Assembly (NCBI GenBank): GCA_047967505.1
Contig: CM106538.1
Direction: 5' to 3' (one strand)
From: Dipteris shenzhenensis
Lineage: Eukaryota
Length of the DNA stretch: 64,000 nt
A program made the position numbers and the translations under genes. Shown here one piece after another: positions 49,759 to 61,588 of this stretch (positions are counted from its first letter, which is position 1; each line of letters begins with the position of its first letter). Under the pieces are notes generated by a model. It was not told where the DNA came from, made no database searches, and worked only from the letters and a program-made list of their open reading frames with translations.

Positions 49759-50867
49759 AGGATTTAAGGTTTAGGATTTCGTGGTTTGGGTTTAGGATTT
49801 GGGGTTTGGTGAGTTAGGGTTTAGGGTTTAGGGTTCAAGGTTTGAGGGTTAGGGTTTGGGGGTTAGGGTTTAGATTTTGGTGGTTTAGGGTTTAGGGTTT
49901 GGGGGTTAGGGTTTAGGATTTAGGGTTTAGGGTTTTGGATTTAGGGTTTAGGGTTTAGGATTTGGGGGAGGTTAGGGTTTAGGATTTAGGTTTTGGGGGT
50001 TAGGGTTTAGGGTTTGGGAGTTAGAGTTTAAGGTTTAGGGTTTAGCATTTAGGGTTTAGGGTTTAGGGTTTAGGGTTTGGGAGTTAGGGTTTAGGGTTTA
50101 GGGTTTAGGAGTTAGGGTTTAGGGTTTAGGGTTTAGGGTTTAGGAGTTAGGGTTTAGGGTTTAGGGTTTAGGGTTTAGGGTTTAGGGTTTGGGAGATAGG
50201 GTTTAGGGTTTGGGAGTTAGAGTTTAAGGTTTAGGGATTAGGGTTTGGGATTTAGGGTTTAGGGTTTAGGGTTTAGGGTTTGGGAGTTAGGGTTTAGGGT
50301 TTAGGATTTAGGGTTTAGGAGTTAGGGTTTAGGGTTTGGGGGTTAGGGTTTAGAGTTTAGGATTTAGGGGTTAGGGTTAAGGATTTAGGGTTAGGGTTTA
50401 GGGTTTAGGAGTTAGGGTTTAGAGTTTAGGGTTTAGGGGTTAGGGTTTAAGGTTTAGGGTTTAGGGTTTAGGAGTTAGGGTTAGGGTTTAGGGTTTAGGG
50501 TTTGGGAGTTAGGGTTTAGGGTTTAGGATTTGGGAGTTAGGGTTTAGGGTTTAGGGTTTAGGGGTTAGGGTTAAGGGTTTAGGGTTTAGGGTTTAGGGTT
50601 TAGGGTTTAGGGTTTGGGAGTTAGGTTTAGGGTTTAGGAGTTAGGGTTTAGGGTTTGGGGTTTAGGGTTTAGGGTGTGGGAGTTAGTGTTTAGGGTTTGG
50701 GGGGTTGGGTTTAGGGTTTAGGGTTTGGGGGGTTAGGGTTTAGGGTTTAGGGTTTAGGAGTTAGGGTTTAGGTTTAGGGTTGTTATTGGTTAGGGTTAGG
50801 GTTGTTTTGGTTTACGGTTTAGGGTTTAGGGTTTAGGGTTGTTATTGGTTTCCGGTTGTTATTGGTT
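49759..50867 (+). repeat. Interstitial plant telomeric repeat array (TTTAGGG)n with variants
   Basis: Long runs of GGGTTTA mixed with TTAGGG, TTTGGGAG and TTTAGGA variants; degenerate edges. Confidence 0.95.
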
Positions 50868-50997
50868 AAGTGTCTAATTAAATTTTCAAAACACGTTCTG
50901 GATTTTTAAATCATTAATAAAGTAGATTATTGAGAAGAGACTAATGTTCTTTATAATGGTTGTTACAGCTTGTTTGCAAAGGAAAACTACAAAGGAG

Positions 50998-53900
50998 ATG
51001 GCTAACAAATTTATTCCAGGGATGGAGGTGATTTTATGTTGCAAAAGAGAAGTAGTTGCATTTGCTACAATCCATGAAAGTGATCCAAATTCTATTTGTC
51101 ACTTTAGAAGACTTGGCAAAGATAAGGTGGCGGTTATCGTATCAAGGATTCTTAGTGCACATGTTGAGCTAAAGCATAAGTGTGGGGATATGGAAATCCT
51201 TGGAGATGTTATGCCCTATAATACTTTCAACAAAGCATTTATTGCATGGGACAGAGATGAGACTTATCCAACACATGTCATCAGGAATACAAAGTGCATA
51301 TCTTTGGATTTTAGAGTGGGAGATATTTTACAAATGTTATCATTTACAAATAAGTATGTAGCAGAAGGTCAAGTCTTGGGATTTGAACAAGTTGAACACT
51401 GGACATTTGCGCAGATGAGAATTCAAAAAGTTATCGATGATGGTATGGATGACAACTCAATGTCATTGGATGGTCCCTACTATGAGGTAGGTAAGGATTT
51501 GAGATGGAGCATGCAATTTTTAAAGATTGGGAAAGACTTGGCATGTGGTTTTTAATGATAAACATAATGTATACTACAACATCAAAGAATTGAAAGAATA
51601 TGCCAATGTACCAAGCTCTATTCCTTCAGAGATGGATGATTCCAATGCACTCAACTATAGCACTGACGTCTTATCAGAAGTCGATGAGTTCATTGGTACT
51701 GAGAAAGAAAAATATTTCACAAGTGATGCCTTATCCGGGGTGGATGAGTTCATGCACATTGAGAACTTGGGCAAAGATGTCAAAAGTGTTATATCTTCAA
51801 GCATGGATGGCTTCATGGATACTGATAAAGTTCTTGGAGTCAAAGCAGGTAACTATGGAATTATGGAAATCATGCACGATAGTATAATGAGTGATGTTCT
51901 CTCTAGAGTAGAGGAGTTTCAAGACTATGGAGTTATGAAATCCATAGAAAGTGCATCAATGAGCGATGTTCTCTCAGGAATAGATGAGTTTGAAGATCAT
52001 TCTGGACACTCTATCACCACTGACTATGGAGTTATGAAATCCATAGAAAGTGCATCAATGAGTGATGTTCTCTCAGGAATAGATGAGTTTGAAGATCATT
52101 CGGGACACTCTAATGCCATTGTGACAAGTGGTTCTACGATTGTATCAAAAGTAGGGATAAGATCAACAAAGGGACTATTCGGTGTTTGACTTTGATTGTG
52201 AACTTGTAAATGTTACAAATGGTTTGACGAATGTATCAAAAGCAAGGATGACATCAACAAAGGAATATTCAGTATTTGACTGTCAAAGTGATAAGATCAA
52301 GGATGCAACATCTCATGAAAACAACATAACAAATAAATCGAACTACACAAATCCAAATAAGAATGTACAGAAGGTCCCAAAACGGACATACAGATGCATG
52401 AAAAGACAATGAGTGCAGGCAGATCCAGAAAAGCAACCAAAGAGAATAAGAGTAATGAATGAAGATGTTATGCTAAAAGCAATGCGATCTACATGCTGTA
52501 AGCATACATGTATGCGATCCATTAACTTACATGACATCAAGGGTTGTAGAGAACATGTCTGGCAAAGGAAAGGAAGCAGAAGAAATGAATACCTACTCAC
52601 GAGATTGTCTTGCTTTCTTGTAAATGATAAGAGAAGGCGAAGTTCAGGACATCAAATAAGGCCTCTTATAAATGGAAAAAGTATAGCAATAATGCATATC
52701 GCATTATTACAGGATTATCACATGGCACATATTGGAATTTGGCTAATAAAGCAAAGTATGGAGTTAAATTTAACATTCATGGAAACATAGGAAGGCCCAA
52801 AACAAGAGCCTCAATGGTTGCGGCAACAGCAATTTTGAAAGATTACATTTATGAAAATGCTTTACCGCAACCCCACCTATCAGAAATGCATCTTCCGATA
52901 GGTTTGACCAAAAAAGAGGTATTTAACTCTATTGGAGAAACACAGAGGCAAAGAGGGCATGCACTGGCATCTTTTCATACTTTGTATACTCTTTGAAAAA
53001 AAAGCTTTGGACATGTTAAAATCCTAAAGAGGCAAAAAATGTCAAAGTGCAACGACTGTGATGATCTAAAGCGAGCACTTGAGAGTGCAACATCTCCAGA
53101 ACAAAAAGAAGCTTACAAAAGAAAGAGAATTTCATCATGGACTTGTTCGACATTCTAGAATAAAATATGCATTTTGGAAGGAGCAAGCTATTTCTCACCC
53201 AAATGAGTACATGTGCATTATTGTAGATGGTATGGATCAAAATACAACAACATTACCTCGATTCGTTAACACTCCACCTAAGCTACAAGGCAAATACTTT
53301 TTAAAGACACATCTATGTGGAGTGTTAGTGCACGGATTTAAGTTTTTTGTAGACATATGGATTGATTCCTTGCATCTACACGATAGCAATCAAGTTGTAA
53401 CATCCGTTATGAAGGCAATTCACAATGTACATGCAGAAAAAGGTCGCCTACCAGCAACTTTGAGAATACAAGCAGACAATTGCGGACGAGAGAATAAGAA
53501 TGTACTCTTCTTTGCATTTTGCTCAATGCTAATCGCTCATAGAATCTTCAATGAGATTGAAGTTGGGTTTTTGTTGGTTGGGCACACACATGAGGATATC
53601 GATCAGGTATTTAGCACAGTTTCAAGAGAACTAAAACACAAGGACATGGAGACAATGGATGACTTGATAAGAAAATGCGGGAGGCAAGTTGGTGGCCATA
53701 AGGAAGGAACAATATGCTCAATGGTTGAGAGGATGTATGATTGGAAGAGCTTTATTCTACCTTTCATACAAAAAGGTGGTGACGCCCTGATTGGTCATAG
53801 CGCTCCACACTATTTTCGATTTTTCTTAAAGGATGAAAAACCAGTGATGCAATGGCAACACTATTCTCTTGATACAAAATGGGAACCTGAAGAACCTTAC

Positions 53901-54377
53901 TCTCTCTTAACTTCAATCCCGAGCAAAGAAATGCATCCAACATGGGCTCCTATAAAAGAATTCAGCGAGAAATCCAAAGGTGAAATAGAAGGCTTAAAAG
54001 CTTTTATTGCATACAAAGAGGAAATGCTCCGGAGATTTCCTGATTGGAAGCCCTCTTGGAAGGAACACACTACTGTTGTAATTAGCAAGACCTACCAATT
54101 GATAAAGGACCTTGCAAAAATGCGAGAAGATGATATTAAGGCAGAACGGCCTTTATTTTGGCCAAATGTTGGTAATGACTTGCGTCCAGCATGTGGTCTC
54201 TTTGAAAATGAGTTTGAATCGTTGCTCCCACGTCCATATTGTGGACCCAAGAAGAGAGAGTTTATGCCACAAATAGACATAGATGTCCATTGTTTTGTTG
54301 CAGTTCGACCATCGGATGATGAACATGAGAACGTGAAGTTTTGGGTTGCAAAAGTAGTTGACATGAGCATGGATGAC
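50998..54377 (+). pseudogene. Sola1/DUF7869-like DDD transposase, frameshifted, runs into assembly gap
   Basis: CCKHTC, KCNDCD, IIVDGMDQ, IQADNCGRENKN, FLLVGHTHEDIDQVFS, YDWKSF; chain of ORFs 50998-51555, 51527-52189, 52182-52790, 52739-52996, 53079-54377. Confidence 0.75.
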
Positions 54378-54477
54378 NNNNNNNNNNNNNNNNNNNNNNN
54401 NNNNNNNNNNNNNNNNNNNNNNNNNNNNNNNNNNNNNNNNNNNNNNNNNNNNNNNNNNNNNNNNNNNNNNNNNNNNN
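54378..54477. other. Assembly gap (100 N)
   Basis: Run of N. Confidence 1.
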
Positions 54478-54965
54478 TCCGCCCCCGCTCCCCCTCCTAC
54501 CTCCCCCTACCCCGCTCCCTACCCCATCTCCCTGCCTCCCTCTACCTCGCTCCCTACGCTGACCCCTACCTCGCCTCCCCCCCTCCCTACCCCCGGTCCT
54601 CCTCTCCCCCCTACCCGCCGCCCCCTGCCCCGCTCCTCCCTCCAGCCTCCCCACTCGCTGCCCCCTACCCCGCCTCCACCCCCTCCCTAGCCCCGCTCCC
54701 TCCAGCCTCCCCCTTCCCCCGCTCGCCGCCCCTACCCTGCCTCCCCCCCCTCCCTACCTCCGCTCCTCCCTCCCTCTTCCTCCCTCCCTCCCTCTCTCCC
54801 TCCCTCCCTCCCCTTTTCCGTCGCTCCTCCCTCCCTCCTTTCCTCCCTCTCATCCCCCTCCACTTCCCTCTTCCTCCTAGAGGCTGCGGCCTCCAAGGCT
54901 TCTCTCCTTCTCCCTAAACTTTCTCTCTCTCTCTAGTTCCTCTCTCTCTTTCTTTCTTTCTCTCT
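54478..54965. repeat. C/CT-rich low-complexity tract
   Basis: Direct reading; positionally equivalent to the end of 46080-48400. Confidence 0.75.
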
Positions 54966-55019
54966 CTTTAAAATCTTTAAAGAAAATCTAGATAAAGAAT
55001 TAATCAAAAAAATTTACAA

Positions 55020-55310
55020 GTACCTGGAAAAAATTTGTAAGTTTGCTCTTTCTTGCTTTCTTGCTCTTCCTTCCTTGCTTTCTTGCTCGTCCTTGCTTTC
55101 TTGCTTCAATGAATGAAATGAGAGGAGAATGAATGAAGAAGGAAGACTATATATAAGAAAAATTAGGTTTTCCTCCTCCTCTCCTATTGGCTTTCCATTC
55201 CTCCCCTCTCTCCTATTGGCTTTTCATTCCTCCCCTCTCCCATTGGCTCCCATTACTCCCCCTCTCCCATTGGACCCCTATCCCTCATCCCAATCTTCCA
55301 TTGGCCCTCC
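55020..55310 (-). promoter_or_regulatory. Second copy of the putative minus-strand promoter and first exon
   Basis: GTACCTGGAAAAAA at 55020; TATATATAAGAAAAATTAGGTTTT at ~55148; at least five ATTGG motifs at 55186-55305. Confidence 0.55.
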
Positions 55311-56002
55311 CCCCATCCATCTCTTCTTCCTCCCCCATTGCCACCACTCCCATCCCACATTTCCACCACGTCCCATACTCCTCCCATTTCCCAAAATCCC
55401 ATATTTCCCCATCTCACCCTCCTCTTTTTCATCCCCTATTAGCTCCCCTCACTCATTTCACTCCCGTATTATCCTACTCCCCTATTACCTCCCCCTCTCC
55501 CATTCCATTCTTCCCTCCCCACTCTCACTTCCACTTCCCATTACTCACTTGCCATTTGCAAACTATTAATATATTATTATACTATTTTTTATACTTATTA
55601 TCATACACCCCTATTACTTCCCCTCTCCCATTCCACTCCTCCCTCCTCACTCCCACTTCCACTTCCCATTACTCACTTGCTATACACATTTGCAAACTAT
55701 TAATATATTATTATATGATTTTTTATACTATTTGCAAACTTACATGTGGGCAAAATCACAGGTGTCAAAGCGATCCTATTGTGGTCATACAACAACTGTG
55801 CTTTTATTCAAGGGCGTATTTACAAGGGCATATTTATCCTCATCAACAAGCTTATTTCAGCTTTTATTTTGACACAATGCTCAAGGTATGAAGTGCATAA
55901 TTTGTGCACTAGGTGTTTACTTTGTTGTATCCAAATTGTTTGCCACACACACACACATATACACATACCGAGAATTTTCTAATATTATCGCATCTACATT
56001 TC

Positions 56003-59000
56003 TCCGATGGGCACAAAACTTTGTACACGCCTCAACCTAGGTCGTATTGACTTGCATACAAAGTGGTGCACCCATCCCATAAGTACTTGTTCGGATAACA
56101 CACCTACAAATGTATTTTATGACGATTGTGCATAACACTAGGAACAAAATGGTGTATAATGTGCGATCGACTATGCAAAGCATATCCAATGGACACAAGA
56201 CTTTGCACGTTCCTCAACCTAGGTAGTATTGACTTGTGTGCAAAGTGGCATCCCCATCCGATAAGTACTTGTTTGAAAAATACACCTAGGATCGTGTTTT
56301 TTGACGGTTCTACATGACACCAAGGCAAAAACGGTATTTAATACTCAATCTACCATGTAAAGCATATCCGATGGGCACAATAATTTAGTACTTGGTATGA
56401 TAATACACCTAAGAGCATGTTCTTTGATGGATGTGCATAACACTAAGGGGAAAACGGTGTATAATGTGTGATCCCCCATGTAAAGCATAATCGATAGACA
56501 CAATACTGTGCACGCACATCAACCTAGTTAAAATTGACTTTCTTGCAAAGTGGCTCCCCCATCTGACAAGTACTTTTTAGAATATCACACCTAGGACCAT
56601 GTTTTTTATTGGTTGTTGTCCATGACACTAAGGCAAAAACGTTGTTTTATGCTTAATCGACAATGCAACGCATATCCGATCATCACAATACTTTGCACAC
56701 ATCTCAACCTATGTATTATTGACTTACACTCAAAGTGGCGTGCCCATCCCATAAGTACTTAGTCGAATAACACATCTAGGACTGCGTTTTTTGATGGTTG
56801 TGCATGGCACTAAGGCCAAAAGGGTGTTTAACGCTTGTTCGACAATGCAAAGCGTATCCGATGGGCACAATACTTTACATGAGTCAACAATTGTGGTATT
56901 AAATTTCATGCAAAGTGGTACACCCATCTGATAAGCAGTTGGTTGGATAACACACCTAAAAGCGTGTTTTTTTATGATTGTGCATGACATTGAGGCACAA
57001 ACGGAGTTTAATACGTGATATACCGTGCAAAGTACATCCGATGGGCACAATACTTTGCACCCACCTCAACCTAGGTGTTATTGAGTTGCATGAAAAGTGG
57101 TGTATCGGTTAGATAAGTACTTGATCCGATAACACACCTAGGACCGTGTTTTTTTATAAATGTGCTTAACACTAAGGCCAAAACGGTATTTAATGCTCAA
57201 TCAACCATGCTATCCGATCAGCACAATACCTTACTTGCACCTCAACCTAGGTGGTATTGACTTGTTTGAAAAAAGGCACACCCATCAGATAAGTACTTGG
57301 TTGGATTGATAACACACCTAAGGGTGTGTTTTTTTACGGATGTGCATATCACTAGGGGAAAAACGGTGTACAATGCGTGATCGACCATTCAAAGCATATC
57401 CAATGGCTACAATACTTTGAATGCACCTCAACCTAGTTGAAAGATACTTGCATGCAAAGTGGAGCCCCCATCCGATAAGTACTCGTTTGAATAACACACC
57501 TAGGATCGTGTTTTTTTATGGTTGTGCATTACACTAGAGCAAAAATGCTGTTTTATGCTTCATCGACAATGAAAAGCATATCTGATGGGAATAATACTTT
57601 GCACACACCTTAAACTAGTTGGAATTGACTGACATGCAAAGTGGCATGCCCATCCCATCAGTACTTGATTGGATAACATACCTAGCAGCGTGTTTTTTTA
57701 TGGATGTGCATGACACCAAGGCAAAAATGGTATTTAATGCTCGATGGGCACAATACTTTTCCTACACCTCAACCTAGGTGGCATTGACATGTTTTCAAAC
57801 AGGCACACCCATCCGATAAGTACTTGGTCAGATAACACACCTAAGGGCATGTTTTTTTGTGGATGTGCATATCACTAGGGGAAAAACGGTGTATAATGTG
57901 TGATCGGCCATGCAAAGCATATCCTATGGTCACAATACTTTGCAAGCACCTCAACCTAGTTGAAAGATACTTGCTTGCAAAGTGGAGCCCCCATCTGATA
58001 AGTACTTGTTTGAATAACACACCTAGGACCGTGTTTTTTTATGGTTGTGCATTACACTAAGGCAAAAACGGTGTTTTATGCTTGATCCACAATGCAAAGC
58101 ATATCCGATGGGCACAATACTTTGCACAAACCTTTAACTAGGTGGAATTGAATTACATGCAAAGTGGCATTCCCATCGCATAAGTACTTGATCAGATAAC
58201 ACACCTAGCAGCGTGTTTTTTTACGAATGTGCATGACACTAAGGCAAAAATGGTATTTAATGCTCAATCGACCATGCAAATCATATCTGATGGGCACAAT
58301 ACTTTTCCTACACCTTAACCTAGGTGGTATTAAAATGTTCCCAAAGAGGCACACCCATCCGATAAGTACTTGGTCAGATAACATACCTAAGGGCGTGTTT
58401 TTTTGCAGATGTGCATATCACTACAAGAAAAACATTGTATAATGCGTGATCGACCATGCAAATCATATCCGATGGTGACAATACTTTGCACGCACCTCAA
58501 CCTAATTTAAATGGACTTGGGTGCAAAGTGGAGCCCCCATCCGATAAGTACTTGTTTGAATAACACACCTAGGACCGTGTTTTTTTATGGTTGTGCATGA
58601 CAATACAGCAAAAACGGTGTTTTATGCTTGATCCACAATGCAAAGCATATCCGATGGGCACAATACTTTGCACACACCTTCAACTACGTGGAATTGACTT
58701 ACATGCAAAGTGGCATTCCCATCGCATAAGTACTTGATCGGATAACACACCTAGCAGCGTGTTTTTTTACGGATGTGCATGACACTAAGGCAAAAATGGT
58801 ATTTAATGCTCGATCGACCATGCAAAGCATATCCGATGGAAACAATACTTTTCCTATGCCTTAACCGAGGTGGTATTGAGATGTTCTCAAAGAGGCACAC
58901 CCATCCGATAAGTACTTGGTTAGATAACATACCTAAGGACGTGTTTTTTGGCGGATGTGCATATCACTACCGGAAAAACGTTTTATAATGCGTGATCGAC

Positions 59001-61588
59001 CATGTAGAGCATATCCGATGGTGACAATACTTTGCACGCACCTCAACCTAGTTGAAATGGACTTGCGTGCAAAGTGGAGCCCCCATCCGATAAGTACTTG
59101 TTTTAATAACACCCCTAGGACCGTGTTTTATTATGGTTGTGCATGACACTAAGGCAAAAACGGTGTTTTATGCTTCATCGACAATGCAAAGCATATCCGA
59201 TGGGAACAATACTTTGCACACACCTTCAAATAGGGTGAATTGACTTAAATGCAAAGTGGCATTCCCATCGCATAAGTACTTGATCGGATAACACACCTAG
59301 CAGCGTGTTTTTTTACGGATGTGCATGACACTAAGGCAAAAATGGTATTTAATGCTCGATCGACCATGCAAAGGATATCCGATGGGCACAATACTTTTTC
59401 TACACCTTAATCTAGGTGGTATTGAAATGTTCTCAAAGGGGCACACCCATCCGATAAGTACTTGGTCAGATAACATACCTAAGGGCGTGTTTTTTTGCGG
59501 ATGTGCATATCACTACAGGAAAAACGGTATACAATGCGTGATCGACCATGCAAATCATATCCAATGGTTACAATACTTTGCACGCACCTCAACCTAGTTG
59601 AAAGATGTTTGCATGCAAAGTGGAGCCCCCATCCGATAAGTACTTGTTTGAATAACACACCTAGGATGGTGTTTTTTTATGGTTGTGCATTACACTAGAG
59701 CAAAAATGGTGTTTTATGCTTCATCGACAATGCAAAGCATATCCGATGGGCATAATACTTTGCACACACCTTAAAATAGCTGGAATGGACTTACATACAA
59801 AGCGGCGCACCCATCCCATAAGTACTTGATTGGGTAACATACCTAGCAGCGTGTTTTTTTACGGATGTGCATGACACTAGAGCAAAAATAGTATTTAATG
59901 CTCGATCGACCATGCAAAGGATATCCGATGGGCACAATACTTTTCCTATGCCTCAACCTAGGTGGTATGAACATGTTATCAAAGAGGCACACCCATCAGA
60001 TAAGTACTTGGTTGGATAACACACCTAAGGGCCTGTTTTTTTACGGATGTGCATATCACTAGCGGAAAAACGATGTATAATGCATGATCGACCATACAAA
60101 GCATATCCGATGGTCACAATACTTTGCACGCACCTCAAAATTGTTGAAAGGGACTTGCATGCAAAGTGGAGCCCCCATCGGAGAAGTACTTGTTTGAATA
60201 ACACACCTAGGACGTGTTTTTTTATGGTTGTGCATGACACTAAAGCAAAAACGGTGTTTTATGCTTGATCGACAATGCAAAGCATATCCGATGGGCACAA
60301 TACTTTGCACACACCTTCAAATAGGTGGAATTTACTTACATGCAAAGTGGCACACCCATCCCATAAGTACTTGATCGGATAACATACCTAGCATCGTGTT
60401 TATTTACGGATGTGCATGACACTAGAGCAAAAATAGTATTTAATGCTCGATCGACCATGCAAAGGATATCCGATGGGCACAATAATTTTCCTATGCCTCA
60501 ACCTAGGTGGTATTAACATGTTCTCAAAGAGGCACACCCATCAGATAAGTACTTGGTTGGATAACACACCTAAGGGCCTGTTTTTTTACGGATGTGCATA
60601 TCACTAGGGGAAAAACGGTGTATAATGCATGATCGACCATGCAAAGCATATCCAATGGTCACATTACTTTGCACACATCTCAACCGTGTTGAAACAGACT
60701 TGCATGCAAAGTGGAGCCCCCATCTGAGAAGTACTTGTTTGAATAACACACCTAGGACCATGTTTTTTTCTGCTTGTGCATGACACTAAGGCAAAAACAG
60801 TATTTCATGCTTGATCGACAATGCAAAGCATATCCGATGGGCATAATACTTTGCACACGCCTTCAACTAGGTGTAATTGACTTACATGCAAAGTGGGGTG
60901 CCAATCCCATAAGTACTTGATCGGATAACATACCTAGCAGCGTGTTTTTTTACGGATGTGCATGACACTAGAGCAAAAATAGTATTGAATGCTCGATTGA
61001 CCATGAAAAGGATATCCGATGGGCACAATACTTTTCCTATGCCTCAACCTAGGTGGTATTGACATGTTCTCAAAGAGGCAAACTCATCAGATAAGTACTT
61101 GGTTGGATAACACACCTAAGGGCCTGTTTTTTTACGAATGTGCATATCACTAGGGGAAAAACAGTGTATAATGCGTGATCGACCATGCAAAGCATATCCG
61201 ATGGTCACAATACTTTTCACACACCTCAAAATTGTTGAAAGATACTTGCATGCAAAGTGGAGCCCCCGTCTGAGAAGTACTTGTTTGAATAACACACCTA
61301 GGACCATGTTTTTTTTATGGTTGTGCATGACACTAAGGCAAAAATGGTGTTTTATGCTTGATCGACAATGCAAAACATATTTAATGGGCACAATACTTTG
61401 CACACACCTTAAACTAGGTGGAATTGACTTACATGCAAAGTGGGGCGCCCATACCATAAGTAGTTGATCGGATAACATACCTGGCAGCATGTTTTTTAAT
61501 GGATGTGCATGACACTAGAGCAAAAATAGTATTTAATGCTCAATCGACCATGCAAAGGATCCGATGGGCACAATAATTTTCCTACGCC
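56003..61588. repeat. Satellite array: ~182-bp monomer, about 30 copies, 546-bp trimeric higher-order repeat
   Basis: ATAAGTACTTG and ACACCTAGG recur every ~182 bp; equivalent spurious ORFs start at 58227/58773/59319 and 60047/60592/61138 (545-546-bp steps). Confidence 0.93.

Larger units (their letters stand above)
38026..54377. mobile_element. Putative large Sola1/DUF7869-type cargo-carrying DNA transposon (termini not found)
   Basis: Divergent cargo gene and transposase; promoter-tract-array-transposase layout recurs at 54478-64000; cargo gene and its upstream blocks recur at 20123-35990. Confidence 0.5.

Noticed and set aside
49759-50867. True chromosome end or telomere-telomere fusion
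   Set aside because: The array is degenerate, flanked by non-telomeric sequence on both sides, and has no inverted CCCTAAA block after it
54378-54917. Pro-rich C-terminal extension of the 612-aa ORF
   Set aside because: Read-through across the N gap into low-complexity DNA
56104-61490. Recurrent short Cys/His-rich ORFs
   Set aside because: Translations of satellite monomers; they repeat at the 546-bp period and frames are not maintained
56003-61588. Possible CRISPR-like repeat-spacer array
   Set aside because: Whole monomers are homologous, with no unique spacers and no cas genes; eukaryotic context
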